A stretch of 64,000 bases of DNA from NCBI GenBank assembly GCA_026395295.1, contig JAPLYZ010000007.1, positions 66,518 through 130,517 on the forward strand. The letters are read 5' to 3'. The DNA is from Candidatus Staskawiczbacteria bacterium. GTDB taxonomy: Bacteria; Patescibacteriota; Minisyncoccia; Minisyncoccales; Staskawiczbacteraceae. Below the pieces are notes generated by a model. It ran no database searches and had not been told where the DNA came from. It was given only the letters and a program-made list of their open reading frames with translations. Within the stretch, counting starts at the first letter, position 1. Each line of letters starts with the position of its first letter. The translations under genes were made by a program, and so were the position numbers. Shown here one piece after another: positions 9,752 through 20,483 of this stretch.

Positions 9752-10992
9752 TTTGGTAAAGGAAATTTTTTACATAATTTTTTTATTTCTTCCCTGACTT
9801 TTTTTACCGAATTTTTATTTGAAACAACCTCGTTTATCCAGCCGGCTATTATTTTCATTTCTTTTTCTTTCATTCCTCTTGTTGTAATTGCCGGGGTGCC
9901 CATTCTAATTCCCGAAGGCTTAAAAGGCGGAGCCGGGTCAAATGGAATACTATTTTTGTTAATTGTAATTCCGGCTTCTTCTAACAAATCTTGAGCTTCC
10001 GGTCCCGCAATATTCTTATTCCTCAAATCAATCAAAATTAAATGATTATCAGTTCCTCCAGAAACCAAGTTAAATCCGTATTCTTTTAATTCTTTAGCAA
10101 GGGCTCTGGCATTTTTAACTATTTGCTTGGCATATTTTTTGAACGCCGGTGTTGAAGCCTCTTTTAGGCACACAGCAATTCCTGCAATCTGATGCATGTG
10201 AGGTCCGCCTTGTAACCCGGGAAAAATTGCTCTATCTATTTTTTTTGGCAGATCAGGGTCTTTTTCAACTCCTTTTTGAGTTACCATAATCATCCCGCCC
10301 CTTGGCCCACGCAGAGTTTTGTGAGTTGTTGTTGAAACAATGTGTACATAAGGTACCGGACTTGGGTGAGCGCCTCCTGCAACTAATCCTGCAATGTGAG
10401 CTATGTCAGCTGCCAAATAAGCTCCAACGGAATCAGCAATTTCGCCCAATCTTTTCCAATCAAAAATTCTCGAATAAGCTGTTGCTCCAACAAAAATTAA
10501 TTTCGGCTTTTTCTCTTTCGCCAATTTTTCAACCTCATCATAATTTATCAAACCGGTTTTTTCATCAACTCCATACTGGACCGAATTATAAAACTTAGCG
10601 GAAAAATTAACTTTCCAGCCATGAGTTAAATGCCCGCCCATTGGCAAAGCCATGCCCATTATAGTGTCACCAGGCTCGCAAACAGCCATATAAACCGCTG
10701 CGTTTGCCGGCGAACCAGAATAAGGCTGAACATTTACATGCGCAACGCCAAATAATTTTTTTGCCCTATCTTGGCACAAATTTTCCAAAATATCGTAATA
10801 CTTTAATCCCGCATAATATCTTTTTCCCGGGTAACCCTCTGCATATTTGTCGGTGAGCAAAGAACCCAATGCCTCCCGCACAGCCGGAGAAGAATGGTTT
10901 TCTGAAGGAATCATTTCCAGAGACGTTTTTTGCCTCTCGGTTTCCAGCTCAATTAATTTTGCCACTTGCGGGTCCTGTTTTTTTAATTTCAT
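9748..10992 (-). CDS. glyA: serine hydroxymethyltransferase
   Basis: [20 protein letters not shown]-Lys region [13 protein letters not shown]. Confidence 0.9.
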   Translation of the reverse strand: MKLKKQDPQVAKLIELETERQKTSLEMIPSENHSSPAVREALGSLLTDKYAEGYPGKRYYAGLKYYDILENLCQDRAKKLFGVAHVNVQPYSGSPANAAVYMAVCEPGDTIMGMALPMGGHLTHGWKVNFSAKFYNSVQYGVDEKTGLINYDEVEKLAKEKKPKLIFVGATAYSRIFDWKRLGEIADSVGAYLAADIAHIAGLVAGGAHPSPVPYVHIVSTTTHKTLRGPRGGMIMVTQKGVEKDPDLPKKIDRAIFPGLQGGPHMHQIAGIAVCLKEASTPAFKKYAKQIVKNARALAKELKEYGFNLVSGGTDNHLILIDLRNKNIAGPEAQDLLEEAGITINKNSIPFDPAPPFKPSGIRMGTPAITTRGMKEKEMKIIAGWINEVVSNKNSVKKVREEIKKLCKKFPLPK

Positions 10993-11552
10993 GGTCGTAA
11001 AATATTAATTTTATTATTCGTTAAATCTATTATGGTTGAAGACTTGTTTTCTGACAAATTACCTGCGTCGACTATTGTAATGTCTTGATTTTTAAATTGC
11101 TCTAAAATATCTGCTATTTTAACAGTGGCTGGCTCGCCCGAAATGTTAGCCGAGGTCTGGGCAATTGGTTTGCCGAACTTTTCTAAAATTAAATTCAACA
11201 GCTCATATTTTGGAATTCTAATACCAATTGTTTTGTCTTTATAAACCAATTTTGGAAGACTGCTGTTTTTAGCTTTTAAAATTACCGTATTTTTATTATC
11301 TTTCAAAAATTTTTCGTGCCTACTTTCTACAAAAGCCATCTCTTTGGCAGCCTCTATTTCCTTTACAAAAACTCCTAATGGCTTTGATTTGTCTCTTTTT
11401 TTTATTTCAAAAATTTTTTTAACAGCTTCTTCATTCTCTGCATCGCAAATCAGTCCATACACAGTGTCAGTTGGCAAGACTAAAACTGCCCCGTTTTGCA
11501 GAGCAGTAATTATTTTGCTTACATTATTTTTGTTCCCCTTTATTATTTCCAT
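10989..11552 (-). CDS. tsaC: L-threonylcarbamoyladenylate synthase (YrdC/Sua5 family)
   Basis: LPTDTVYGL...KPLGV YrdC domain. Confidence 0.8.
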   Translation of the reverse strand: MEIIKGNKNNVSKIITALQNGAVLVLPTDTVYGLICDAENEEAVKKIFEIKKRDKSKPLGVFVKEIEAAKEMAFVESRHEKFLKDNKNTVILKAKNSSLPKLVYKDKTIGIRIPKYELLNLILEKFGKPIAQTSANISGEPATVKIADILEQFKNQDITIVDAGNLSENKSSTIIDLTNNKINILRP

Positions 11553-12282
11553 CTTCTAAAAATTTAGACATTTTTTCGATATCCTTTGGCTCGCCAAAAT
11601 CTAACCAGTTATTATTTATTTCTATCACCCTTACCTTTTTTTCTTCAGCCAAAAGAGAAACAGCATCTGTGAGTTCATACTCTCCTCTCGGCGATTTGTT
11701 TACTTGAAAAACCTTATTAAAAATCTCATAGGTAAACTTATATAATCCTACATTTACCAAATTTCCCGCATATTCTTTGGGTTTTTCAATTATTGTCTTC
11801 AATAAATTACCTTCTGCTATTAAGACTCCGTATTTTTCTGGATTGTCGTGAACCAATCCGGCAACATAATTATAACCATCGTCAATGTTTATCGCCTTCA
11901 AGTCTTCTACTGAAAACAAATTATCGCCCGAAATAAACAAAAATTGCTCATTGCCAACAAAATTTTTAATTTCTTTCAGCATTAACGGACAAGCAGTGCC
12001 ATACTTATCTTCGGGTTTAAATTCTTTATTTTGGTCTGCAAACTTTATTGTAAACTCTCCAGACACAGGGGCCGTGTAGTTTTTGATAGATTTTTCTACC
12101 AATTCCTTTTTGTAACCTGCCACTATTATTATTTCTCTATAGCCGGCTTTGAAAAGGTTGTCTAAAACGTAAAACAAAAACGGTTTTCCACTAACTTCAA
12201 TCAGATGCTTGGGCTTATCATCAGTTAAGCTCAGCATGCGCTTTCCCCTGCCTGCGGCCGCAATTACCACTTTATTGACCAT
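11524..12282 (-). CDS. sugar-phosphate nucleotidyltransferase
   Basis: N-terminal AAGRGKRM (GxGxR) NTP-transferase motif. Confidence 0.7.
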   Translation of the reverse strand: MVNKVVIAAAGRGKRMLSLTDDKPKHLIEVSGKPFLFYVLDNLFKAGYREIIIVAGYKKELVEKSIKNYTAPVSGEFTIKFADQNKEFKPEDKYGTACPLMLKEIKNFVGNEQFLFISGDNLFSVEDLKAINIDDGYNYVAGLVHDNPEKYGVLIAEGNLLKTIIEKPKEYAGNLVNVGLYKFTYEIFNKVFQVNKSPRGEYELTDAVSLLAEEKKVRVIEINNNWLDFGEPKDIEKMSKFLEDGNNKGEQK

Positions 12283-12844
12283 ATCCTAGTTCTAATGCTT
12301 TAATATTCATTTCTCTGTATTTTTCCGGAATAACGTTTTTTATCGCTTGTAATACAGACTCTTTTTTCAATGGCATTAACTTCCTGCTTATGGCGTATCC
12401 CAAAAGGTAAACGCTGGAAAGCACTTGGTTTCCAAGTTTGTCCTTGCATATTTCTGAAGCTTTCACTAAATTCAATTTATCTTTTGGTAATTTGTTCAAC
12501 TCATCTAAAATTTCCTGCTCTTTCATAGAACCAATAAAAGGCGAGTTGAACATATTTATTAAAAATTTTGTTTGCGAGCCTGCCAATTCAACAGATCTTA
12601 AACCTTCCAAAAGTTCCTGCCCGATTACCAGGTCTGCCTGACCCTTGTAGACCAATGGAGAATAAACTTTTTTTCCAAATTTTATGTGGGCTTGGACGCT
12701 TCCTTCTCTCTGCGAAAGGCCATGAAGCTCTGAAGATTTTACGTCATAGCCATTTAAAAATGCAGACTCTGCAATAATGGCAACAAGAGTAACAATTCCT
12801 TGTCCGCCAACCCCTTTTATCAACATGTTAAAATTTTTAACCAT
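12272..12844 (-). CDS. iorB: indolepyruvate:ferredoxin oxidoreductase subunit beta (2-oxoacid:Fd oxidoreductase gamma-like)
   Basis: GVGGQGIVT motif; about 190 aa; directly downstream of iorA. Confidence 0.7.
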   Translation of the reverse strand: MVKNFNMLIKGVGGQGIVTLVAIIAESAFLNGYDVKSSELHGLSQREGSVQAHIKFGKKVYSPLVYKGQADLVIGQELLEGLRSVELAGSQTKFLINMFNSPFIGSMKEQEILDELNKLPKDKLNLVKASEICKDKLGNQVLSSVYLLGYAISRKLMPLKKESVLQAIKNVIPEKYREMNIKALELGYGQ

Positions 12845-12846
12845 AA

Positions 12847-14484
12847 TTATTCTTTAGCTGCTTGTTGGCGGCGAGCTAACAAAGCACAAATTAATTTACA
12901 AACTATTACCGACACCTCGTCTTTTTCCAAAAATTCTTTTATTGTTGCGTCCAGCTCTTTGATGTTTGAAGGGTCCAGCACTTTAACATTTTTAACTCCG
13001 CAAGCCTTGGCAATATCTGCTATTTGCAATTCCTCAGCATCTTTGCCCATTAAATTTTTGCCCATGCCCGGATTGTTCTGATGCCCGGTCATTGCAGTTA
13101 TTCTGTTATCTAAAACAATAAGTATAGGGCTTGATTTGTTGTATACTGTATTAATTAAAGCTGGTATGCCGGCATGGAAAAATGTGCCGTCACCCATTAA
13201 GCTGATAACTTTTTGCCCGGTAGCTTTACTAACGCCATGGCTTATTCCTAGTCCGGCTCCCATAGCAAATTCATAGTCTTGCGTATTGTGAGGCGGATAA
13301 CCGGCAATCATATAACAACCAATGTCTCCTCCAAATACTGCATTAGGCGCTATTCTTTTGAGCGCGGCTATTGTGTACAAATGAGGACAGCCTTGGCACA
13401 ATTTTGGATAACGTCTTGGCGCTTTTGCGATAGATGCGCTCTCCTTGCTAAGCGTAAATTTTTTGCCGGTGATTTTAGATAAAGCTAACTCAATTTTCCC
13501 TGTGTCCAACTCGCCAATAACTGGCAACAAGTCTTTGCCGAATATTTGAAGTTTCGGGTTTGCCTCTTTAGCAATGGCCTTTATTTCTTTTTCTAAATAT
13601 CCGTCCAGCTCCTCAACAATTAGAACCTTTTTCAAACCCTTGATAAACTTTGCAATTTTCTTTTCTGTCAAAGGATAGAACAACCCCAGTTTCAAAACAG
13701 GCGCGCTCAGTTGCATTTCATCTAACGCCTCTAAGGTGTGCAAATGCGCCACTCCGCTTGTGATAATTCCAAGTTGGGGGGACGTCCGACGTCCGCTTAC
13801 TTTATTTAATACCGAAGATTTTTCCGCAAAAGCGCTAATTTTTTCTGTTTTCTCCAACAACTCTGCTTTCATTTCCAGAACTCTTGGAGGCATTGTGCAA
13901 AACTGCTTTGGATTTTTGACGAAGTCACCCCGCGTAGCTTTAGCAGAGTGGGGTTCTTCAAAATCAACTATCATTTTTTGGTGGTTAACTCTTGTAGTGG
14001 TTCTTAGAATAACCGGCGTATTAAACTTTTCAGAAATTTCAAATCCAAGTTTTGTAAAATCATAACACTCCTGCGGGTCGGCGGGCTCTAACATGGGAAT
14101 ATGGCTTAAATACGCGTAAGCCCTGGAATTTTGCTCTGTCTGCGCCGAACTCCAGCATGAAGGATCATCAGCCACAACAATAACCATTGGCGCTTTAGTG
14201 CCTGTGTAGGCTAACGGCAACAAGGAATCTGAACAAACATTTATTCCAAAACTTTTCATATTTACCAGAGATTTTAATCCTGAAAAGCTCGCTCCGATAG
14301 CTGCCTCTAATGCAACTTTTTCGTTGGTTGACCACTCGGCGTAAACACCATTCTTCTCGGCGATTTTTCCAAATTCATCTCCAATTTCAGCTGAAGGACA
14401 CCCAGGATAGCCCGAGACAAATGACACCCCAGACACCAGAGCCCCTTTGACTATTGCTTCATTACCTAATAATATTTTTTTCAT
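12847..14484 (-). CDS. iorA: indolepyruvate:ferredoxin oxidoreductase subunit alpha
   Basis: Pyruvate-flavodoxin oxidoreductase N-terminus, CQGCPH, TPP-binding GDGTFFHAG...DNRITAMTGHQ. Confidence 0.8.
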   Translation of the reverse strand: MKKILLGNEAIVKGALVSGVSFVSGYPGCPSAEIGDEFGKIAEKNGVYAEWSTNEKVALEAAIGASFSGLKSLVNMKSFGINVCSDSLLPLAYTGTKAPMVIVVADDPSCWSSAQTEQNSRAYAYLSHIPMLEPADPQECYDFTKLGFEISEKFNTPVILRTTTRVNHQKMIVDFEEPHSAKATRGDFVKNPKQFCTMPPRVLEMKAELLEKTEKISAFAEKSSVLNKVSGRRTSPQLGIITSGVAHLHTLEALDEMQLSAPVLKLGLFYPLTEKKIAKFIKGLKKVLIVEELDGYLEKEIKAIAKEANPKLQIFGKDLLPVIGELDTGKIELALSKITGKKFTLSKESASIAKAPRRYPKLCQGCPHLYTIAALKRIAPNAVFGGDIGCYMIAGYPPHNTQDYEFAMGAGLGISHGVSKATGQKVISLMGDGTFFHAGIPALINTVYNKSSPILIVLDNRITAMTGHQNNPGMGKNLMGKDAEELQIADIAKACGVKNVKVLDPSNIKELDATIKEFLEKDEVSVIVCKLICALLARRQQAAKE

Positions 14485-14489
14485 ATTTC

Positions 14490-16952
14490 TTAAATAACTA
14501 TGTTAATTAATTTATTGGGGACAAAGATTATTTTTACGGGCTTTTTATCACCCATCAAATTTTTTATTTTCTCTGATTTAAAAACTATCTTCTCTATTTC
14601 TTTTTGCGAAAGCCCGACATTGGCAATTATCTTATCTCTTACTTTACCATTTATCTGAACTATTAAAAGTATATTTTTTTCTTCAATTAATTTCTCGTCG
14701 TACTTCGGCCATTTTTGTTCGCAACACATTTCTTTGAACCCAGCATTACGCCAAAGTTCTTCTGCCAGGTGAGGGGCGAAAGGAGATAAAATTGTTAAAA
14801 AATCTGCTATGTCTTTCTTCTCTAAACCGATTTCCGAAACTTGCCATACATTTACAAATTCCATCATAGAACTTACAGCAGTATTGAATTTCATCAGCTC
14901 AATATCTTCCCCGACTTTCTTGATTGTTTTGTGCAAAAGTTTTTTCAAACTTTCTTCTGTCTTTGATGACAGATCCTTCTTTGTGACTAAATTATAAACT
15001 TTTTCAATAAATCTTCGGCAACCCACAACTCCTTTTGTGTCCCACGGAATCATTTGTTCAAAAGGGCCCATAAACATTTCGTAAAGGCGCAAAGTGTCGG
15101 CTCCGAACTGTTTCACAACTGTGTCAGGATTTATAACATTGCCCTTTGACTTTGACATTTTAATTCCGCCCTCTCCTAAAACCATTCCATGAGAAGTTCT
15201 TTTTTTATATGGCTCCGATCCAATTGAAGTTGACACAGCTCCAATATCCCACAAAAACTTAAAAATAAATCTTGAATACAAAAGGTGCAAAGTTGTGTGC
15301 TCCATTCCGCCATTATACCAATCAACCGGCATCCAGTATTTTGATAATGCTTCATCAACCAATTTCTTGCTGTTTTTTGGATCAACATATCTCAAATAAT
15401 ACCAGTTTGAACCTGCCCAGTTAGGCATTGTGTCTGTTTCTCTCTGAGCCAAACCTCCACATTTAGGACACTTAACCTCAACCCATTTTTTAATCAAAGC
15501 AAGCGGAGACTCTCCTGTGTCTGTCGGCTTGTATTTCTTAACGTTCGGCAATTTCACCGGCAAGTCTTTTTCGTCAACCGGCATCCAGCCTGCCTCAGCC
15601 GAACCGCCCATTGAAGCGCACTTTTTGCAATAAATCATTGGTATGGGCTCGCCCCAATAATGCTGGCGGGAAAAAACCCAGTCTCTCAGTTTATAACTTA
15701 TTTTCGGCTGAGCCAAACCCTTGAACGCCAGCCACGTTATTATTTTTGGTCTGGCTTCGGCTGACTTTAATCCATCAAACTGCGCCGAGTTATACAAGGT
15801 TCCTTCCCCTTCAAAAGATTCCTCTAAATTTTTTGTTTTTTGAGCCAAGACCTCATCATCGGGTCTTACAGAAGTCCTCAAGGGTATGCCATATTTTCTC
15901 CCCATTTTAAAATCTCTCTTGTCGTGAGCATCTGCAAAAACCGCGCCGGTACCGTACTGCTCTAAAACAAAATCAGCGACCCAAACCGGCATTTCCTCAT
16001 TGGTTGCCGGGTTTCTGACCGTAATTCCTTTCAGTTGCACGCCGGTTATTTCCTTGTCCTGATTTGTCCTGTCCATATCAGAAACATTTTTTGAGTCTTC
16101 TCTGTATTTGAAAACTTCATCTATATTTTCAATCTTGTTTTTGTATTTACCTATAAAACTATGCCCGGGCGATAAAATCAAAAAAGTTCCGGAAAAAATT
16201 GTATCAATTCTGGTTGTAAAAACTTCTATAAACTCTTCCACTCCTTCAACGGGAAACTTGACCAAAGCTCCGTGCGATTCGCCAATCCAATCTTTTTGCT
16301 GTGTTTTAATTTTTTCCAAATAATCAACCGAGTCCAAGTCCCTGATCAATCTTTCAGCATAGTTGGTAATTTTTATCATCCACTGGTCTTTTTCCCTTTT
16401 CTCAACTTTCGTCCCGCACCTTTCGCAGTTTCCCGCAACAACCTCCTCATTAGCCAAACCAATCTTACACGAAGGGCACCAGTTAATTGAAATTTTCGCT
16501 TTATAAGCCAAACCATTTTCAAACAGCTTCACAAAAATCCATTGAGTCCATTTGTAGTACTTCGGGTCGGTTGTATTTATTTCTCTTGACCAATCAAAAG
16601 ACAGCCCCAAACTTTTCATCTGACGCCTGAAATTATCTGTATTCTTTTTTGTAACAACAGACGGATGAACACCTTTTTTAATGGCGTAGTTTTCTGTTGG
16701 CAAGCCAAAGGCATCCCAGCCCATTGGATACAAAACATTATAGCCCTGCATCCTTCTTTTGCGGGCAATTATGTCAAAAGCAGTAAAACTCCGGCAATGA
16801 CCCACATGAAGCCCATCTCCCGAGGGATATGGAAACTCCACCATAAGATAGTATTTCTTCTTCTTAGAGCCGTTTTTTGCCTTAAAAACACTGGAGCCAT
16901 ACCACTTCTCCTGCCATTTTGCTTCAATTTTCCTCGGATTATACTTTGCCAT
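14490..16952 (-). CDS. leuS: leucyl-tRNA synthetase
   Basis: HVGHCRSF (HIGH-like), KMSKSKGN, editing domain; 820 aa. Confidence 0.9.
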   Translation of the reverse strand: MAKYNPRKIEAKWQEKWYGSSVFKAKNGSKKKKYYLMVEFPYPSGDGLHVGHCRSFTAFDIIARKRRMQGYNVLYPMGWDAFGLPTENYAIKKGVHPSVVTKKNTDNFRRQMKSLGLSFDWSREINTTDPKYYKWTQWIFVKLFENGLAYKAKISINWCPSCKIGLANEEVVAGNCERCGTKVEKREKDQWMIKITNYAERLIRDLDSVDYLEKIKTQQKDWIGESHGALVKFPVEGVEEFIEVFTTRIDTIFSGTFLILSPGHSFIGKYKNKIENIDEVFKYREDSKNVSDMDRTNQDKEITGVQLKGITVRNPATNEEMPVWVADFVLEQYGTGAVFADAHDKRDFKMGRKYGIPLRTSVRPDDEVLAQKTKNLEESFEGEGTLYNSAQFDGLKSAEARPKIITWLAFKGLAQPKISYKLRDWVFSRQHYWGEPIPMIYCKKCASMGGSAEAGWMPVDEKDLPVKLPNVKKYKPTDTGESPLALIKKWVEVKCPKCGGLAQRETDTMPNWAGSNWYYLRYVDPKNSKKLVDEALSKYWMPVDWYNGGMEHTTLHLLYSRFIFKFLWDIGAVSTSIGSEPYKKRTSHGMVLGEGGIKMSKSKGNVINPDTVVKQFGADTLRLYEMFMGPFEQMIPWDTKGVVGCRRFIEKVYNLVTKKDLSSKTEESLKKLLHKTIKKVGEDIELMKFNTAVSSMMEFVNVWQVSEIGLEKKDIADFLTILSPFAPHLAEELWRNAGFKEMCCEQKWPKYDEKLIEEKNILLIVQINGKVRDKIIANVGLSQKEIEKIVFKSEKIKNLMGDKKPVKIIFVPNKLINIVI

Positions 16953-16992
16953 AATTATTTATAATAGCAAAGTTCTTTTGTGCAGTAAACTC

Positions 16993-17022
16993 TTGACGCC
17001 GTCATAGAGATTATGCTATAAT
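16993..17022 (+). promoter_or_regulatory. sigma70-like promoter giving an apparently leaderless transcript for ORF 17029
   Basis: TTGACG -N18- TATAAT; the ATG lies 7 nt downstream of the -10 element. Confidence 0.4.
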
Positions 17023-17028
17023 TTTTAT

Positions 17029-17316
17029 ATGCACTTTAACAACTACACCATTCGGAGAATAATGAAAAAACGAAGCGTCAAATTAATATTCCGCTGGTCA
17101 ATACTAATCTTCATATCCAGTCTAACCTGGTATCTACTCTCGGGTGACCCCGTTCCCGTGCATCTCCTTGTTGGAGCACTCTGGGTCTGTCTAGTTTGCA
17201 CCATAGACATTGCTTTAACGGCGTTTATGGGATTCATTCTGCTAGGCTTCTTCTGCTGGCTCGCCTCACCAAATTCATGGAGAACAATCTATCACTGGCT
17301 ACTAGCCATAGATTGA
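17029..17316 (+). CDS. small membrane protein, hypothetical
   Basis: 95 aa with 2-3 predicted TM helices; promoter upstream and terminator downstream. Confidence 0.4.
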   Translation: MHFNNYTIRRIMKKRSVKLIFRWSILIFISSLTWYLLSGDPVPVHLLVGALWVCLVCTIDIALTAFMGFILLGFFCWLASPNSWRTIYHWLLAID

Positions 17317-17334
17317 TCAAGCCGAATAATTTAA

Positions 17335-17370
17335 AAGACTGTCGATAATCGTCGGACAGTCCTTTTTTTT
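17335..17370 (+). terminator. rho-independent terminator
   Basis: GACTGTCGA..TCGTCGGACAGTC hairpin followed by TTTTTTTT. Confidence 0.55.
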
Positions 17371-17430
17371 GTTCCAAAAATTACATTACAAACAACTTTG
17401 TAGATACTTTTTCACACTTTCTTACAGATA

Positions 17431-17460
17431 CTTTTTAATTTGCGACCGCAGAATAAAAAG
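17431..17460. repeat. palindromic repeat family P36, degenerate copy (core GCGACCGCAGAA)
   Basis: CTTTTTAATTTGCGACCGCAGAATAAAAAG. The core is the reverse-complement form of TTCTGCGGTCGC. Confidence 0.5.
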
Positions 17461-17484
17461 TATTCAACATATCTTACACTTTTC

Positions 17485-18057
17485 TTAGACTTTAAAAAAT
17501 TTTCTGAATTCTTTGTCGTCTCCTATGTCCTGTGAAATTACCAGCTTAGCTTCTTTGCCGTTTAACCCAAAAAAAGATTTTAACAAATTCACTTCTTTTG
17601 CGCAATCGTATGGATTAATCCAAGCGCTTTTCTGAAATAATTGAAAACCCAACTCTTTTAACTTCCCTCTCAGAGCTTCTCTATACGTTCTTTTCATCTC
17701 AGCTATATCAAATAATAGAATCCTCCATTTACCATCCCACTTTTTTGGTTTTATAATTCTTAAATCGTCTATCTGTAGCCAACCAGCTTTCTTTTTACCT
17801 CTCTCTGTAAGAGAAATATATATTTGGTTATTTTTCTCATAAAAATTAACGAACCCCCGCTCCTTCAATTTATAAAAAGTATCATAAACCTTTTTATGAG
17901 GATATTTTCTAAATTTCTTAAAACTCCGCGCAAGATTAACGACAAAAAATGGAGAGGTTGCCGCGATTACTACCATTCCTCCGATTATTAAAAATCCTAA
18001 TACATCTTTTACAATTTCCGACTTAGGGCTTGAAAAATAATTTCTGTATTTATTCAT
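17485..18057 (-). CDS. PaaX-like winged-helix transcriptional regulator with N-terminal TM anchor
   Basis: KWDGKWRILLFDIAEMKRTYREALRGKLKELGFQLFQKSAWINP matches the PaaX middle-domain signature (WDGKW...GFG...W..P). An upstream wHTH-like segment is present; the PaaX C-terminal domain is absent. Confidence 0.5.
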   Translation of the reverse strand: MNKYRNYFSSPKSEIVKDVLGFLIIGGMVVIAATSPFFVVNLARSFKKFRKYPHKKVYDTFYKLKERGFVNFYEKNNQIYISLTERGKKKAGWLQIDDLRIIKPKKWDGKWRILLFDIAEMKRTYREALRGKLKELGFQLFQKSAWINPYDCAKEVNLLKSFFGLNGKEAKLVISQDIGDDKEFRKFFKV

Positions 18058-18084
18058 ATTTTAATTATATCACAACAATCCAAA

Positions 18085-18120
18085 ATACGCCAAATTCTGC
18101 GGTCGCAGAATTTGGCGTAT
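18085..18120. repeat. palindromic repeat family P36 copy (perfect 17-nt arms)
   Basis: ATACGCCAAATTCTGCGGTCGCAGAATTTGGCGTAT, about 30 nt upstream of the PaaX-like gene start. Confidence 0.7.
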
Positions 18121-18143
18121 TCTAACTAGTACAAACATGCATA

Positions 18144-18986
18144 CTAAATGCGAAACAATTTTTTGGCGTTATCCGTGGTTTTATCCGCGACTTCTTGAAA
18201 AGTCATACCCTTTAAGTCTGCTATTTTTTGGATAACGTGTTTTACAAAAATCGGCTCATTCCTGCCAGCCTCCGCCAAAGCTACGGCGGCCAAGGGCGTT
18301 AGATAGGGGCAATCTGTCTCAACCAAAATTTTGTCCAGCGGAGTTTTTTCAATCACCTCCTTCAAATCCAATTTATCAATTATTCCATTAATGCCTAAGT
18401 AAAAACCTAGTTCCATATATTTCTGCGCCTCTGCCCAATTGCCGGTAAAACAATGAATCGTGCCTATAACTTTTTTGTTTGCCAAAATTTCTAACACGTC
18501 TTGATGCGCCATGCGACAATGAATGATCACAGGCAAGTTTAATTCTTCTGCCAATTCTAACTGTTGTATGAAAACTTTTTTCTGTTTCTGCTTAAATTGT
18601 TCTGTTTTGGTTTTACTTTTTGGTTTGTAATAGTAGTCTAAACCAATCTCGCCGATTGCTACCACCCGCCTTCGCCCTCCGGGCTTCGGCAGGGCAAGCT
18701 TTTTATAATTTTCGTAATTAAATTCTTCGCCAAGCGGTTCAAACGCGCCCTCCTCTTCGTCCATTCTTAATTTCAGTAAGTCTGTTTTTATATGGATAGG
18801 ATGCATTCCAATTGCAGCAAAAATTCCTTCATTCTTTTCAGCCAGTTCAACAGCTCTCTTTGAAGTTTCATATTTTGTTCCAACATCAATACAAAGCAAG
18901 CCTGCTTGTTGACAGCGTTTTACAACCTCCTCCCTATCAGCATCATACGCTTTGAAATTTAAATGACTATGCGTATCAATTATCAT
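18144..18986 (-). CDS. tatD: TatD family hydrolase
   Basis: MIIDTHSHL start; conserved His/Asp metal ligands. Confidence 0.85.
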   Translation of the reverse strand: MIIDTHSHLNFKAYDADREEVVKRCQQAGLLCIDVGTKYETSKRAVELAEKNEGIFAAIGMHPIHIKTDLLKLRMDEEEGAFEPLGEEFNYENYKKLALPKPGGRRRVVAIGEIGLDYYYKPKSKTKTEQFKQKQKKVFIQQLELAEELNLPVIIHCRMAHQDVLEILANKKVIGTIHCFTGNWAEAQKYMELGFYLGINGIIDKLDLKEVIEKTPLDKILVETDCPYLTPLAAVALAEAGRNEPIFVKHVIQKIADLKGMTFQEVADKTTDNAKKLFRI

Positions 18987-18988
18987 TT

Positions 18989-20458
18989 CTATTTAGCAAT
19001 TCTGGGAAACAAGTTCTCTGCTTTTTGGGTATCAACGGCCTTTTTTATTTTTTCGGCGGTTTCGGGTAAAAATGGTTCAAGCAGAACTCCAATTTCTTCT
19101 ATGGCTAAAAATAAATCGTTTATGATTTCTAATTTTTTTGCCTGCCCTGAGCTTGTCGAAGGGGTCTCCCACAATTTTTCTTCGTTTATGTATTTATCGC
19201 AAGCGCTTATAATTTCCCAAACAGCTATAAGCGCCTCGTTGAATTTGAAACTCTCCACCGCCAACTTATATTTTTTTTGTTCTTCTTTTATCTTTTTTTG
19301 TAAATTGAAATTTGAAAATTTATTGGAAATTGGAAATTGGAAATTGGAAATTTTCGTTGCTATTCCCAGCACTCTCGCCACCAAATTGCCTATGCCGCCG
19401 GCCAGGTCTGAATTGTATCTTTGTTCAAACTTTTCATAAGTAAAATCGCCGTCTTCCGTTGGAAGAATTTCTCGCAACAAATAATATCTAACTGCGTCAA
19501 CTCCATACTTTTTGACCAACTCAAACGGGTCAACCACATTTCCCAGGCTTTTAGACATCTTCTGCCCGGCAACATTAATAAACCCGTGCACAAAAATTGT
19601 TTTTGGCAATTCCAACCCGGCTGACAAAAGCATCGCCGGCCAAAAAATAGTATGAAATTTCATTATATCTTTTCCTATGCAGTGAACATTTGCCGGCCAT
19701 AATTTTTTAAATTGATCTGTTTCTTCTTCATATCCTATGGCCGAAATATAATTCGGCAAAGCGTCCATCCAAACATATAGGTTCTGCGAGGGGTCTTCAG
19801 GCACCGGCCAACCCCAATATTTATCTTTCATCCTTGAAAAACTAACATCTTCCATGCCCTGTTTTAACATGGACAAGGTCTCATTTTTTTTACCCTCCGG
19901 AACAATTTCCAGCTCTCCACTATTAATCCTTTTTTCAATCTCCTTTGTGTATTTTGAAAGCCTGAAAAAATAGTTTTCTTCTTCAACCAGTTCCAATTTT
20001 TTTAAATGTATCGGGCATTTTCCGTCTATTATTTCCCGATCCGTTTTGAAGGCTTCGCATCCCGGACAATAAAAGCCTTTGTACTTTTTCTTGTAAATAT
20101 CTCCACTTTTTTCTAATTTTTTCCAAAGCTTCTCCACTGCCGGCTTATGCCTGACTTCATCGGTTGTTCTGATAAAATCGTCGTTTGAGACGTTCAAAAC
20201 TTTAACAATATCCTTAAACTTTCCGGACATTTCGTCAGCAAAATCTTTGACATCTCGACCGGCTTCTCTTGCCACTCTCAATGTTTTAATCCCATGCTCA
20301 TCAGTGCCGGTTAAGAAAAAAACATCTTCTCCTAAACCTCTGTGATATCTGGCTAAAACATCTGCCTGAACCGCTTCCAACGCAAAACCAATGTGCGGAG
20401 GCGCATTTGTATATGGTATACTGGTAGTAACGTAGAACTTTTTGCTTTTATTTGTCAT
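18989..20458 (-). CDS. metG: methionyl-tRNA synthetase
   Basis: PYTNAPPHIGF (HIGH), KMSKSLGN, Zn knuckle CPGC..C. Contains two in-frame repeat insertions. Confidence 0.9.
   Translation of the reverse strand: MTNKSKKFYVTTSIPYTNAPPHIGFALEAVQADVLARYHRGLGEDVFFLTGTDEHGIKTLRVAREAGRDVKDFADEMSGKFKDIVKVLNVSNDDFIRTTDEVRHKPAVEKLWKKLEKSGDIYKKKYKGFYCPGCEAFKTDREIIDGKCPIHLKKLELVEEENYFFRLSKYTKEIEKRINSGELEIVPEGKKNETLSMLKQGMEDVSFSRMKDKYWGWPVPEDPSQNLYVWMDALPNYISAIGYEEETDQFKKLWPANVHCIGKDIMKFHTIFWPAMLLSAGLELPKTIFVHGFINVAGQKMSKSLGNVVDPFELVKKYGVDAVRYYLLREILPTEDGDFTYEKFEQRYNSDLAGGIGNLVARVLGIATKISNFQFPISNKFSNFNLQKKIKEEQKKYKLAVESFKFNEALIAVWEIISACDKYINEEKLWETPSTSSGQAKKLEIINDLFLAIEEIGVLLEPFLPETAEKIKKAVDTQKAENLFPRIAK
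19145..19164. repeat. intragenic 21-nt element (CCCTGAGC-NN-GTCGAAGGG) in metG, encoding ETPSTSSGQAKK
   Basis: One of four copies, all in the same orientation relative to the coding strand. Confidence 0.65.
19300..19353. repeat. TTGGAAA heptamer tandem repeat (x4) inside metG, encoding NFQFPISNKFSNF
   Basis: ttggaaattggaaattggaaattggaaatt; the coding strand reads TTTCCAA. Confidence 0.65.
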
Positions 20459-20483
20459 AATGTATTAATTATAACATTTTTTT

